Positions 37,603 through 50,899 of a DNA stretch of 64,000 nt are shown here, one piece after another. The position numbers were made by a program, and so were the translations under genes. The stretch comes from Mobula hypostoma (taxonomy: Eukaryota). The notes under the pieces were generated by a model. That model had not been told where the DNA came from and did not search any database. It was given only the letters and a program-made list of their open reading frames with translations. The first letter of the stretch is position 1; the number at the start of each line of letters is the position of its first letter. The DNA lies in NCBI RefSeq assembly GCF_963921235.1, contig NC_086097.1, positions 64,792,001 to 64,856,000 on the forward strand, written 5' to 3'.

Positions 37603-38299
37603 CAAGCTGATAGCTTTGTCATTCTGGTTGACCAGTTCCAGAGTAAGCTGAATGAACTTGAACTCAAGAGTTGTTTGGATAGAGTGTAACAGGATGTTGG
37701 ACATCCTAATATTTCCAGAGTACTTTGAATCAAAGACATTATACAAGTTGGGTAATATCAGAATTAGATAGATACCCAATGTATCTATTTTCTGTCTGTT
37801 GGAGCCATGTATCTATTTTCTGTCTGTGTTGTATTTTGTAGCACGTTTATTATGGTAATTTGTCACATGGGTTGGGGCGCAGTAGAAGCAAATGATTATA
37901 GTTACGTATTCACACTTAGTTGTCTAGTTGAGAGGCAGGCAGGAATGATATTTGTTTTGTAGACCACTAATTGAGACATTATTGTAATGCTAACTAGATC
38001 ATTAACTTTACTTAGTGATGCTAATACTGTATAACTATTAGATTGTTATTACTAATTTAGTTTCATTAGTTTTTTTAAAATCGCTATAAGATTATTCGTC
38101 TTTGCTGGTTTTGTAATGAAAGATGAAGTGTACTTTTATTGATTTGGAAATTCATTATTTGGAAGTATGTCATACTGTGTTGAATATCCTGGCTTAGTCT
38201 CTCTGCAGTTTTGGTTTGTTTTCAAGTAAACATTACAATGTGGATGAGAAAAGAGTCTGTAAAGGAATAAATGTGTTGTACAAATACAAGAGGCCAGTT

Positions 38300-38760
38300 A
38301 AGCAGGGGGAGTAAAAATGAAAGTGGTACTGAAAAGGAACATTTAGTCAATGGGTAGAAACTGTTCTCTGCAGTCCCTCCCAAGAGTTCTGTCAGCTCTG
38401 CTTCATCTCAATGCAGGAATTAAATGATTTCTTTACAAATGGGAGGAAACTTGGAGAGGGAGGGGCTGATTCAGTTTTGATCTGTTTAGGAATCAGTGAT
38501 AAAGGCAGAATTAGGAGTAAGAGACTGGTGAGAACGTTTGTGGAGCTAAGGCTGAAATCAGATTGTTCCCTGAGATACATACATTTTCGAAAAGGTATGG
38601 ATTAGAACTTCAAATATGTCAATGAAAGAATAGAGGTTTTAATTCAAGGGCCCCTGGCGATAGAGAAGCTATTCTATTGGGACAGGACTCATTTAAACTA
38701 AATTTCCCAGAGAAGAGTATAACTAGGACAGCAGAAGAGGCTTTATTAAAGCTGACCAGG
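38300..38760 (+). pseudogene. Ancient CR1 ORF1 esterase relic
   Basis: ICLGISDKGRIRSKRLVRTFVELRLK parallels VDIGINDKGRKRKEVLKTDYRELGRK at about 6085-6165; ggactcatttaaac corresponds to GLHLN. Confidence 0.55.
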
Positions 38761-39059
38761 AGGATTCAGGGAAGATATTTTCAAAACAATAAAGGAAAGC
38801 TCAAGGACTAAGACCCAAGGACTAAGAATAAAGTAACGACTTGTGTAAAGGTAAATACTATTGATTACTTAGAGAAGCATACACCATTTCAGGACAGCAT
38901 GCAATAGCAGATGCAAACCTATAGATCTTACAGGGAAGATTCTCTGTATATGCAACTGAAAAGGAAGTCATTTTGCACGTGATACAATATGGGCAAAGTG
39001 TTGCACAGGAGTCTTTAGTGGATGGGGTGGAGATGATGGCATTGAGAGATTTTCAGGGT

Positions 39060-41515
39060 GGGATAGATTGGCTAGTGATTGGTGAGTGGCAAATGGCCTT
39101 ATACTCAGTGTCAGCAAAACCATGGAAATGATTGTGAACCTCAGAGAAGGGAGGTCAGAAAACATACAATAGTCTTCATTGCAAAGTCAGTGTTGGGAAG
39201 GATGACCAGCTTAAAGTTCCTGTGCATCAAGGTCTCAGAGGATCTATCCTGGGACTAACACATTGTTGCAATCACAAAGGCGGCACATCAGTGCCTCTTA
39301 TTTATTTGGAGCTTAAGGAGATTAGGTATTCTCCAAAGATTCTTACAAATTTCTGTAAATGTACAGTGGAGTGCAGTCTCACTGGATACACCACAGCCTA
39401 ATATGGAGCCTCCAGTGCACAGGAACACAAGAAGCTGCAGAGGGTTATAGACTCAGCGAGCTCCATCACAGGCACAACCCTCTTTACTATTGAGGGCATC
39501 TTGAGGAGACAGTGCTTCTAGAAGGCAGCATCCAACAATATAGGGAGAAGACCGAGTCAAGATACACAGCAAATAGCACACGTGACTTGTGGCGAGGGCT
39601 GCATACCAGATCAGACTTCAAAGCCAAACGTTGTGGTGCTGCCAACATCGCGGCCTCTCTCCCAGATGAGCTCAATCGCTTTTATGCTCAGTTCGATGTT
39701 GCTAACTCTGAGCCTCCGAGGAAAGCCACTGCTACAACCTGCAACCCGGTCATCTCTGAGGCTGGGGTATGCATATGTTTCCAGCGAGTGGACAGTCGCA
39801 AGGCTGCGGGACTGGATGTGCGCAGCACAATTTGCAGGTGTGTTTACTGACATTTTTAATCTCTTTCCCTCCCAGTGTAGAGTGCCCTACTGGTTCAAGT
39901 TATCCACCATTGTCCCTGTACCTAAAAAGACCAAGGTAACATGCATGAGTGACTGGTGTCCTGTTGCACTCACCTCAATAATAAGCAAATGCTTTGAGAG
40001 GCGGGTCAAGGATTACATCTGCAGCATGCTACCACCCACACTGGACCCCTACAATTCACCTACTGACACAACCGATTGACAGGTGACGCAATAGCCACTA
40101 CTCTACATACTGTCCTTACATATTTGGAAAAGAAAGATGCTTATGTGAGAATGCTGTTCTTGGACTACAGTTCAGCATTCAACACCATAATTCCCTCCAG
40201 GCCCAACAAGAAGCTCAGAGACCTCGGCCTTCACCCTGCCTTGTGCAGCTGGATCCTGGACTTCCTGTCAGATCGCCAACAGGTGTTAAGAGTGGGCTCC
40301 CTCACCTCCAACCCTCTGACTCTCAATACAGGAGCCCCTTAGGGCTGTGTACTGAGTCCCCTACTTTACTCCCTGTATACCCACGATTGTATCGCTACAC
40401 ACAGCTCCAATCTGCTAATTAAATTTGCCAACGACACTACATTGATTGGTCTAATCTCAAACAATAACGAAGTGGCCTGCAGGGAAGAAGTCATCTCTCT
40501 GACTCAGTGGTGTCAAGAAAACAACCTCTCCCTCAATGTTGCAAAAACAAAGGAGCTGGTTGTGGATTACAGGAGGAATGGAGACGGGCTAACCCCTATT
40601 GACATCAATGGATCTGGGGTTGAGAGGGTAAACAGCTTCAAGTTCCTCGGCATCCACATCACTGAGGACCTCGTGGTCTGTACATACCAACTGTGTGGTG
40701 AAAAAGGCAGAACAGTGCCTCTTTCACCTCAGACGGTTGAGGAAGTTTGGTATGGGCCCCCAAATCCTAAGAACTTTTTACAGGGGCACAGATGAGAGCA
40801 TCCTGACTGGCTGTATCACTGCCTGGTATGGGAACTGTACCTCCCTTCATCGCAGGACTCTGCAGAGAGTGGTGCGGACAGCCCAGCGGATCTGTAGTTG
40901 TGAACTTCCCATGATTCCAGACATTTACAAGGACAGGTGTGTAAAAAGGGCCCGAAGGATCATTGGGGACCCCAAGCCATCCCAACCACAATCTATTCCA
41001 GCTGTTACCATTCTGGAAGCGGTACCACAGCATAAAAGCCAGGACCAACAGGTTCCGGGACAGCTTCTTCCACCAGGCCATCAGACTGATGAACTCACGC
41101 TGACTTGAGTGTGCTCTATATTACGTTGACTGTTCTATTTATTATAAATTACTATGATTGCACATTTAGACGGAGACGTAACGTAAAGATTTTTACACCT
41201 CATGTATGTGAAGGATGCAAGAAATAAAGTCAATTCAATAAAGACCATACCATTTAGGACATGCCATCTTCTTGGTACTATCATCAGGGAGCCTGAGGAC
41301 CCACACTCAACAGTTTAGAACAGCTTCTTCCTCTCCATCTTCAGATTTCTGAATGGTCCGTGAACCCATGAACACTACTTTCTCATTCCTTTTCTCTTGC
41401 ACAATTTATTTATTTTTGTAATTTATTGATTTTTATGTATTGCACTGTACTGCTGCCTCAAAACAACAAATTTCATGTACTATGTCAGTGATAATAAATC
41501 TAATTCTGATACTAA
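39060..41515 (+). mobile_element. Older Rex1/Babar 3' part (39060-39540 and 41241-41515) hosting a younger Rex copy
   Basis: The host sequence gcagcatccaacaata resumes at aagaccataccattt...cagcttcttccc and ends in the Rex tail aataaatctaattctgat. Confidence 0.75.
39541..41240 (+). mobile_element. Rex1/Babar LINE, 5'-truncated, RT region largely readable
   Basis: LPDELNRFYAQF, PVALTSIISKCFER, VRMLFLDYSSAFNTIIP, WILDFL, TGAP and FANDT; tail aataaagtcaattcaata. Confidence 0.92.
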
Positions 41516-41694
41516 CTCTATAGGTGAGAGATGTTCCTTTCCTGTTGTAAAGAAGTCTTAATGCTATAATGTTGTAACATCATTGTCTCACACCACAGCA
41601 CCACCAATGAATCAGAACCAGATTCAGGTTTAATATCACTGGTATATTGTATGTCATTAAATTTATTGTTTTGCAGAGGCAGTACATTGCAATA

Positions 41695-43344
41695 CAGGTT
41701 TCCCCCACCATCTGAAGGTAGAGCGTTCCCATGAAATGGTTCGTAAACCGGAATGTCGTAAAGTGAAGAATCAATTACCATTTATTTATATGGGCAAAAT
41801 TTGTGAGCATTCGCAGACCCAGAAAATAACCTGCCAAATAACACATAAAACCTAAAATAACAGTAACATATAGTAAAAGCGGGAACGGTATGATAAAATA
41901 CACAGCCTATATAAAGTAGAAATACTTTTCTATAATCATTGCCGCACTGTTCTCCGTAGCGAAAATCTCACGCAAGCACTCTCAGCAGGAACACAGCGCA
42001 AGCCTCTCGGCAAAAACACTCTCTTCAATAACCTTTAAGCTATGAAGCTGTCAAATCATACCAAATAACACATAAAAATACACAGCCTATATAAAGTAGA
42101 AATAATGTATGTACAGTGTAGTATCACTTACCAGAGTTGTGAAGACAGCGCCATGCACACTGATGATGGTGTGTTAGGCTGAGTCGTCGGAGGTTGGGGT
42201 GGTGCAGTGGACCCCAACCTCTGGGCAGAGAACCGATACCAATCCGCGAAGAATGCAGTAGTGCAGCAGTAGCCGGGACGCACCCAGCACATCTTTAGGA
42301 AAAAAGCCTAAATAAACAAGCTAATTAATTAGGTGCCGCCCGGCACGTAAATGTCAGCACAGATCAGAGGCTACACAATCAGCAATCGCCTCTGATCTGG
42401 GCCGACATTTGCGTGCCAGCAGCACCTAATTAATTAGCTTGTTTATTTCGGCTTTTTTCTTAAAGATGAGCTGGGTGCATCCCGGCTTCCGCTGCATTTT
42501 CTGCAGCAATGTATTGGTCCGCGGCCCAGGGGTTGGGGTGGTGGGACACTGGGGTGTAATCTCATCGTCGTCTGTTTCCATCAGGGCAGGCAGGTCATCT
42601 TCTTCTACGTCTGCCTGCCTCGATGTCGAAGGTCAAGGTTCCTCGTCTGCTGTGGCTGATGTGGAAGGCTTGAAAGATGACAGTATGCTTGACTGCTTAG
42701 CCTCGCACATTTTTCTATCATACAGTTCTTTGTAAGCACTCAAACCATCCTGCAAATATGCCCTAAACCTACGTAACCTTTCAAAATTAAAGCCGTACTT
42801 TTCTGCAATCATTGTTGTCAATTGCAGCGAAAATCTCATGCAGTTGCTTCACGTTCAGTTCCTGGACGACTTCACTTTCGGTCTGTTCGTTACTGCATTT
42901 GGTTTCGATTGTTATCCTTTCCTCTTCCAATTGCATCAGCTCTTCATCTATCAGTTCTTGATCATGGGATGCCAAAAGCTCTTCAACATCACCTTCGTCA
43001 ACTTCCACAAGCCAAACTCACTTTGTCCTTACTTAGTTCACCACGATCAAAATGCTTAATTATGTCTAGTTCTACGCTAAGTGTAACACCCTTACGAGCT
43101 CTTTCAGGCTTTTCCAATACCTTTGAACTCATCTTGCTAACGGTTGCTCACAGGCACGTGTTTAAGCAATGCCGGCGAGAGTGCAGTTCCGAATCCGGGG
43201 GAGGAGCTTGGCTGCTCGGGGCGTGTGCTGCCTTTTTTCATAACAGTGAAAACACCTTCTGTTAGCGAAAACAGGTAACTAATGTAGGTCTTTCATAACA
43301 GCAAGGTTTCGTAAAGCGAACGTTCGAAAAACGGGGGACACCTG
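41695..43344 (-). mobile_element. Tigger/pogo DNA transposon, internally deleted
   Basis: TIRs caggtttccccc and gggggacacctg with TA flanks. The minus strand has an N-terminal HTH-like segment (RARKGVTLSVELDIIKHFDRGE) fused to the acidic C-terminus EVDEGDVEELLASHDQELIDEELMQLEEE; no DDE core is visible. Confidence 0.85.
42205..42538. repeat. About 330-bp imperfect palindrome (hAT-MITE-like) inside the Tigger
   Basis: The arms pair across a loop at about 42372-42387 (cagatcagaggc / gcctctgatctg; aaataaacaagctaattaattaggtgc / gcacctaattaattagcttgtttattt). The ends are cagtggaccccaacc / ggttgggg. Confidence 0.85.
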
Positions 43345-43937
43345 TACATAATTACAATAAGAAATATGTATTTAAAAAATTAAGTTAAATAAGTATTGCA
43401 AAAAGGCAGTGTACATCGGTTCATGATCCATTCAGAAATCCAATGGTGGAGGGGAAAAAGCTGTTCCTAAAGCATTGAGTGTGTCTATTCAGGCTCCTCT
43501 ACCTTTTTCTTGATGGTAGGGCATGCCCTGGGTGATGGAGATCCTTAATGATGGATGCAACCTTTTTGAGGCAAAACCTTTTGAAGGTAACCACGACGCT
43601 GGGGAGGCTGGTTCCCATGATGGAGCTGGCTGAGTTTGCAACCTTCTACAGCTTTATCAGATCCTGTGCAGTGGCCCCTCTATACCAGATGGTGATGCAA
43701 CTTGTCCATTTGCGAGAGTCTTTGGTTACATACCAAGTCTCCTCAAACTCCTGATGAAATATAAGCACTGTCTTGCTATTATTGTGCTATAGTATTGTGA
43801 GACAATTGTCAGCATGTGAAATGAGATTGTCTGTTGATGAATGGCTGGAGACAGAACTTAAAAATTAACCCATCCCACCAGCAACAGTAATGGAATCGGG
43901 TTAGTCAACATTGTTTAGTGTGTGGGAAATAATTTTC

Positions 43938-44735
43938 ATGACTGTGTGGCTAAGCACAGCTCCAATGCCATATATAAGTTTGCTGATGGCACTTCTGTCG
44001 TAGGCTGAATCAAAGGTGGTTATGAATCGGCTTATAGGAGGGAGATTGAAAATTTGGCCGAGTGGTGCCACAACAACCACCTCTTACTCAGTGTCACCAA
44101 GACCAAGGAGCTGATTATTTCCTTCAGCAGGAGGAAATCAGAAGCCCACCAGCCAGGTCTCATTGGGGGATCAGAGGTGGAGAGGGTCAGCAACATCAAA
44201 TTCATCAGTGTTATCATTTCAGAGGATCTGTCCTGCACCCAGCACACAAGTGCAATTACAAAGAAAGCACAGCAGCACCTCTACTTCCTGAGAAGTTTGC
44301 AAAGATTCAGCATGACATCTAAAACTTTGATAAACTTCTGTAGATGTAGAGTGGAGAGCATATTGACTGGCTGCATCACAGCCTGTAGTGAAAATACTGA
44401 AACCCTTGAATGGAAAATCCTACAAAAATTAATGGATATGGACCAGTCCATACCAGGTAACACCCTCCCCTCCATCAAGCACATCTACATGGAGTGTTGT
44501 CACTGGAAAGCAGCATCCATAGTCAGGGACCCCCACCATCCAGATCATATTCACTTCTCTATGCTGCCATCAGGAAGGACGTACAGGAGCCTCAGGACTC
44601 TCCCACCTGGTTCAGGAATAGTAAGGCTCTTCACTCAACTTCATTTGCCCCATCACTGAACTGTTCCCATAACCTGTGAACTCACTTTCAAGGATACATC
44701 ATCTCATGTTCTCAATACTTATTGCTCATTTATTT
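43938..44735 (+). mobile_element. Rex1/Babar RT C-terminal fragment
   Basis: KFADG...EWCHNNHLLLSVTKTKELI...KKAQQHLYFLRSLQRF...ESILTGCITA. Confidence 0.88.
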
Positions 44736-45808
44736 TCTTCCCTCAGCTCAGGCTCATAAAACCTGAGGTACAGGCACAGCCACACAATGATTTCTCAATT
44801 GCTAGGACCAAAAGGAGTGGAAACATTTGCATAATTCACAACTGACATTAAGTTGGGGTTCACTTTAAGATGCTGGTCTGACGTGTTGATGTAATGATGT
44901 GAAGTTTTTTTTACTGCGCTTTATGTTCTGTGTTTGGTTAACAATAGAGTGAGTTGTTACTGTTTCCCTTAAACTTAAAATGCCTCTGCTGTTTTATTTA
45001 CGAAAACCTACAGATGCATCAGATAGATATCTGGATGGTGTGTTTCAGGAGGCAGCCACATCCGTTACTTCAAGTTCGATCCGTGGCCAGGAACAAGAAG
45101 TTGTGACTGTGAGTAAGGCAGGTGGGGGGATCCAAAAGGTAAATGTCTGCTGTAAGGATTGAGAGTCTCAAAGGCTGTGTTGTCTGCCTGGTGCCTGAGT
45201 TCGGGACATTTGACCTGCAGAGGAATTTGGAGATTCAGTCATCATGGTCCAACAGCATTGGGGAAAACAAGGAAAAAGGTTCTGCTGAGGGAATTTGTGC
45301 AGCTAGGGACTAAAATATGAATCTTGGGCTTCATAATAATCTTGGGATTGTTACCCGAGCCACAAGCAAAATGGTACAGAGTTAATAAGATCAGAGAGTT
45401 TAATGCATAGTTCAAAGATTGGTGTGAGACAATTTGTGGGACATTAGTACCAGTACTGGGGAAAGGGAAAGCTGTTCCAGTGGAATGAGCTCCACTTGAA
45501 TCATTCTGGAACCAACTTACTGGTGAATTGCAAAAAACTAGGGCTATGGATGAGGCTTTCAGCTAAATTGTTAGGGGGAGTGGTGAGTGTGCATGGGTTC
45601 AACGGTTTGGAAAAGTATGGATAAATTTAAAAGGAAGAAGTGTGCAAGAGATGTTATTGAAGTCTCCAGAATAAAGAATAAGACAAAATGTTTAGAAAGG
45701 ATTGAGAATTTATCTTTAGGAAATATGGAGACAAAATTGAAAAGTAGGGTAGTGAATGCAAGACTGGAGGTGTTATATTTGAATGCATGGAATATACTAA
45801 GTAAGCTA

Positions 45809-47436
45809 CAGTGGTGCTAGAAAGTTTGTGAATCCCGTAGAATTTCTCTATTTCTGCATAAATATGACCTAAAATGTGATCAGATCTTCACACAAGTCCT
45901 AAAACTAGATCAAGAGAACCCAATTAAATAATAAGATAAAATACTATGTTGTTCATTTACTTATTGAGAAAAATGATCCAATATTACATGTATTTGTTGC
46001 AAAATGTATGTGAACCTCTGGGGTAATGCCTTCCACGAAAGCTATTTGCAGTCAGACGTCCCAATCAATGAGATGAGATTGGAGGCGTGGGTTGCAGAGG
46101 TGCCCTGCCCTATTAAAAAAGTCACACAGTCAGCCTGCTGTTCTCAAGAAAGATCTCTTTATGTGCACCATGCCTCAACTAAAACAACTTTCAGAGCACC
46201 TTAGAAGAAGAATTGTAGAGATGCATGAAGCTGGAAAAAGCTACAAAAGCATTTCTAAAGACCCGAGGGTTCATCAGTCCACAGTAAGAGAAATTGACTA
46301 CAAATGGAGGAAATTTAGTACTGTTGCTACTTTTCCTAGGAGTGGGCATCCTGCAAAGATTACACCAAGAGTACAATGTGCAATGCTGAAGGAGGTGAAA
46401 GAGAACCCAAGGGTACCAACAAAAGACTTGCAGAAATCTCTAGAACTTGAAATTTTGAGATTCTCTAGAAATCTCTGAAGTCTCTATTCATGTGTCCACT
46501 ATAAGAAAAACACTGAACAAGAATGATAAGAATGATATTCATGGAAGGACACCACAGAGGAAACCACTGCTCTTCAAAAAAAAATGTTGCTGCAAGTTTG
46601 CAAAAGACCACCTGGATGTTCAACAATGCTCTGGGACAATATTCTGAGGAGACATGAGACAAAAGTTGAACCTTTTGGCAGAAATTCACATCATTATGTT
46701 TGGAAGAAAAAGGGCACTGCACACCTACACCAAAACTTCATCCCAACTGTGAAGCATGGAGGAAGTAGCATCATGGTTTGGGGCTACTTTGCCGCCTCGG
46801 GGCCTGGACAGCTTGCAATCATTAAGGGAGCAATGAATTCAAAATCGTATCAAGACATTTTACAGGAGAATATCAGGGTGGCAGTTTGTCAGCTGAAGCT
46901 TAATAGAAGTTGGATAATGCAACAAGACAATGATCTGAAAGACAAGAGTAAATCAACAACAGAATGGTTTAAAAAGAAGAAAATTTTTGTTTTGGAATGG
47001 CAGAGTTAAAGAACTAACCTTAATCATAAAGAAATGTTATGGAAGGACCTGAAGCAAACAGTTCATGCAAGGAAGCCCACCAACATCCAAGAGTTGAAGC
47101 AGTTTTTTGAGGAAGGATGGCCTAAAATTCCTCTAAGCTGATGTGCAGGTCTGATCAACAGTTACTGGAAATGTTTGGTTGAAGTTATTGCTCTTCAAGA
47201 GGGTCACACCAGTTACTGAAAGCAAAGGTTCTCAACTTCTTCCAATAAATACATGTAATATTGGATCATTTTTCTCAATTAACAAATGAACAAGTATAAT
47301 GTTTTGTGTTATTTATTTAATGGGGTTCTCTTTATCTAGTTTTAGGACTTGTGTGAAGATCTGATCACAGTTTAGATCATATTTATGCAGAAATACAGAA
47401 AATACTACAGGTTTCACAAACTTTCTAGCACAACTG
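45809..47436 (+). mobile_element. Full-length Tc1 transposon (1628 bp) with long TIRs
   Basis: TIRs of about 210 bp beginning cagtggtgctagaaagtttgtgaa and ending ttcacaaactttctagcacaactg, with TA duplicated on both sides. Confidence 0.95.
46170..47219 (+). pseudogene. Tc1 DD34E-type transposase, frameshifted
   Basis: MPQLKQLSEHLRRRIVEMHEAGKSYKSISK...PRSGHPAKI, ETKVEPFG, TVKHGGSSIMVWG and QQDND; stops and frameshifts are present. Confidence 0.9.
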
Positions 47437-48360
47437 TAGATGACATTGTAGTGCAGTTAGAAATTTGCAGGTATGACGTTGAGGGCATCACAGTGTCATT
47501 GTTGAAAGAAGATCACAGCTAAGAGCTTAACATCCAAGGATACACATCATATCAAAAGAACAGATAGGTGAACAGAGGAGGGTGGACTGGCTTTGTTGCT
47601 TTAAAAAAAAATAAACCTTTAAAGGAGTGATAGACGATCAGAAGATTTGGAATCCTTGCAATAGAATTATGAAACTCCAAAATGTATCAAGACCCTGAGT
47701 TATACACAAACCTCTAAACAGTAGCCAGTATGTGGGTTACCATGGGAGATAGAAAATGCACGCAAAAAGGGAAATGTTACAATGGTCATGAGAGATTTCA
47801 ATATGCAGATAAATTGGGAAAAATCATGCTGGATCCCAAGAGTAAAATTTTGTAGAATGCCTACAAGCTGGCTTTTTGAAGCAGCTTGTCAAGCCCACTA
47901 GGGAAAACTCATTTCTGGATTGGGTGTTGTGCACTGAACCAGATTTTATTAAGGAGCTTAAGGTAAATGAATCCTTATGAAGCAGTGATTATAATATGAT
48001 AGAATTCACCATGCAGTTTGAGAGGGAGAGAAGCTAAAATCGAATGTATCGGCAATACAGTTGAGTAAAGGTAACTACAGAGGCATGAAAGAGGGGCAAA
48101 CCAAAATTGTTTGGAATTGGACACTAGCAGGGTTGACAGTAGAACAGCAAAGGCCAGAATTTCTGGGAGTAACTTGGAAGATACAGGATTGGTTTGTTTC
48201 AAAGAAGAAGTATCTTATGGGGTGGATGAAGCAACCATGGCAAGGAAAGTTAAAGACAGCATAAAAGCAAACGAGAGGGCATTTAGTAGAGCAAAAATGA
48301 GTGGGAGTCTAGAGGATTGGGAAGCTTTTACAAACCAACAGAAGGAAACTGAAAAATCAA

Positions 48361-49018
48361 TGTAGGGTTCTCAGTAATACTAGGTGGACTGTTAACTGTT
48401 AATCGCTTATTACCAAAATGGCTTCTCTGTAAGTGTTATATTAAAATGGCTTCTCGTAATGTTAACTGCTGAGCAAGGGGTTCTCTGTAACAGCAATGTT
48501 TGGGTTATACTATGTGATATTGGAAATTTTGTATTCATTTTGCTAGCCAATGGAAGTCATGTTATGTTATCTTGTATGTGTGCGCTGAGTTGAGCAGTGT
48601 GGGCTTTTCCAGGAGGCGAGCGGAGAGGACGGACATGTGGAGAACGGACAGCGGTTCCAGGGCGGCGGACACCGGACCTCGGGGGTTCGGATGCTGGCCA
48701 GAGTCTCGGAAGGATGCTGTGGATGGAATCGGAGGCGTGAGCTCCAACGTATTAAAGTATTATGTGCACAAGACTGATAAGTTACTTATGTGGCGCCTTT
48801 TCTTTTTGTTGTTGCTACTAACCCATCACCAAAATTTGCTATAAAGTATAATTCTTTACTCGCACTTGGTATATTGTTTGATATTTGTGTCGTGGCTCAC
48901 ACCGTATCCGCATTGGGCGCCTCACACCATATCTGCATCAAAGCATTTGCACTGTTTGGCAGGGTCGACGGCTATTCACCCTAGGCGACAGGAGTCAGTT
49001 GGGGCAAAGGCTGTTACA
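48361..49018 (+). mobile_element. Solo LTR (658 bp)
   Basis: tgta...taca termini and flanks tcaa/tcag (4-bp TSD, 1 mismatch). The CR1 is continuous across it. Orientation is inferred only from the attaaa/ataaa signals. Confidence 0.75.
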
Positions 49019-50899
49019 TCAGTAAGGATATAAACGATTAAATATGATGGTAAGCTAGCCAATAATATAAAAGAGGATACCGAAACTTTCTTTAGAACTG
49101 TATATAAAGAGTAAAATGAAGCAAGACTGTACATCAGACTGCTAGAAAATGATGCTGGAGAGGTAGAAATGGGAAACAAAGAAATAGCCGACAAACTGGA
49201 TAAATATTTTGCATCAGTTTTCATTGTGGAGGATCCAACAGTATGCTAGAAATTTGAGAGAGTCAGGGGTAGAAGTGAATGAGTTCACTATTCCTAAGGA
49301 GAGGGTGCTTGGGAAACTGAAAGATCTGAAGTAGACGAGTCTCCTGTACAGTTGGACTATAGCCCAAGGTTCTGAAAGAGGTAGCTGAAGAGATTGTTGG
49401 GGTAATAGTAATAATCTCTCAAGAATCAGTATATTCAGGAATAGTTCTGAAAGACTGGAAAATTGCAAATGTCACTCAAATTATAGGCCAGTTAGCCTGA
49501 CTTCAGAGGTTGGTAGGATGTTAGTGTGTATTAATAAGGGTGAGGTTTCAAGGCACTCAGAGGCACTTGTTAAAATAGGCCAAAGTCAATATGGTTTCCT
49601 GAGGGGAAGTCTGACAAATCTGTTGGAATTTTTTGAGTAAGTTACAGGCAGGATAGACAAAGGAGTGTCAGTGGATGCTATTTACTTGGGTTTTCAGAAG
49701 GCCTTTGAAAAGGTGCTTCACATGAGGCTGCTAAACAAGAACTCGTGATATTGCAGGAAAAACACTAGCAGAGATGGAAGATTGTCTGGTTGCCAGAAGG
49801 CAAAGAGAGAAACTAAAAGAGGCCTTTTCTGGTAGACTGCTGGTGGCTGGTACTGTTACGATGGGTCCACTACTTTTCACATTTTATATTAATGCTCTGA
49901 ATGATAGAATTGCTGGCTTTGTTGTCAAGTGCAGAGTAATCAGAGCTGCAAAGGGACTTGGGAGATCCATGCAGGTTGAGTTGACAGTAAAGAAGGCAAA
50001 TGCAATGTTAACATTCATTTCAAGAGGACTAGAATATAAAAGATAGGATGAAATGTTGAACTTTATAAGGCATTTGGAGTATTCTGAGCAGTTTGGACAC
50101 CATATCTAAGAAAGGATGCGCTGGCATAGGAGACTCCAGATGAGATTTACTAGAATTATGCCAGGAATGAAAGTGTTAATCTATGAGGAGCATTTGTTTG
50201 CTTTGGGCCTGTACTCATCTGAGTTTAGAAGAATTATGGGGCATCTCATCGAAACCTACTGATTATTGTAAAACCTAGATAGAGTGGACATAGAGAAGAT
50301 GTCTGTTCTGCTTGTTATTTCCTCAAATCATTGCAGATCAAGACCCTGCGTCAGGACTGAGACTGTAAAGGTGAGATAGCCAGAATAAAGAGCATCAAGG
50401 GAGAGGCTGACGGGTGACAGCTAGAACAAGGTGAGAAGGGAGAGAATGGGAAAATGGAACCTGTCAGGGGACAGTCAGAGCCAGATAAGGAAAGGTTCAA
50501 AGGAAGACCTACGTGGACAGGTGGGGGATTGGAGATGGAGGTTGAGACTCAAAGGTAATAAAGTGTGAAAAGGTTACAGAGTCTGGGATCTGATGAGCAA
50601 GTAAGCTGATAAGCAGGGCAAGACAAGGGTGGGATGGAGATGGAAAACGTTGGGAGAGGATACAAATATCTCTGACCAACTACCACCAGCAGATCACCTT
50701 TGGAACCAGAGGAGCCGACATACTCAATCACTGTTACTCCACCATCAAGTACACTTACAATGCCATCCCATGCATGCACTTTCCAAATTTGATCACCTGG
50801 CTGTACTTCTACTCCCTCCATACAAGCAGAGTCTGTGGACTGCAGCACTAGTGGTGAGGATGGCAAAGTAAATATGAAGAGCATTGATAGGACTGCTTT

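Larger units (their letters stand above)
41608..43790 (-). mobile_element. Rex1/Babar 3' fragment split by the Tigger element
   Basis: Tail at 41608-41694 (cagtacattgcaata) resumes at 43345 (cataattac...gaaaaagctgttcct). Confidence 0.7.
45013..50305 (+). mobile_element. Old CR1 LINE (ORF1 and ORF2) interrupted by a Tc1 and a solo LTR
   Basis: ORF1 esterase relic at 45013-45570. ORF2 start LEVLYLNAWNI resumes after the Tc1 at 47437, and the RT region is at 49019-50305. Confidence 0.85.

Noticed and set aside
44780..45012. Possible second solo LTR ending aaaacctaca
   Set aside because: No matching 5' TG terminus or TSD could be identified.
48572..48984. CpG-rich stretch with ORFs as a second promoter or gene
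   Set aside because: It lies inside the TG...CA solo LTR 48361-49018.
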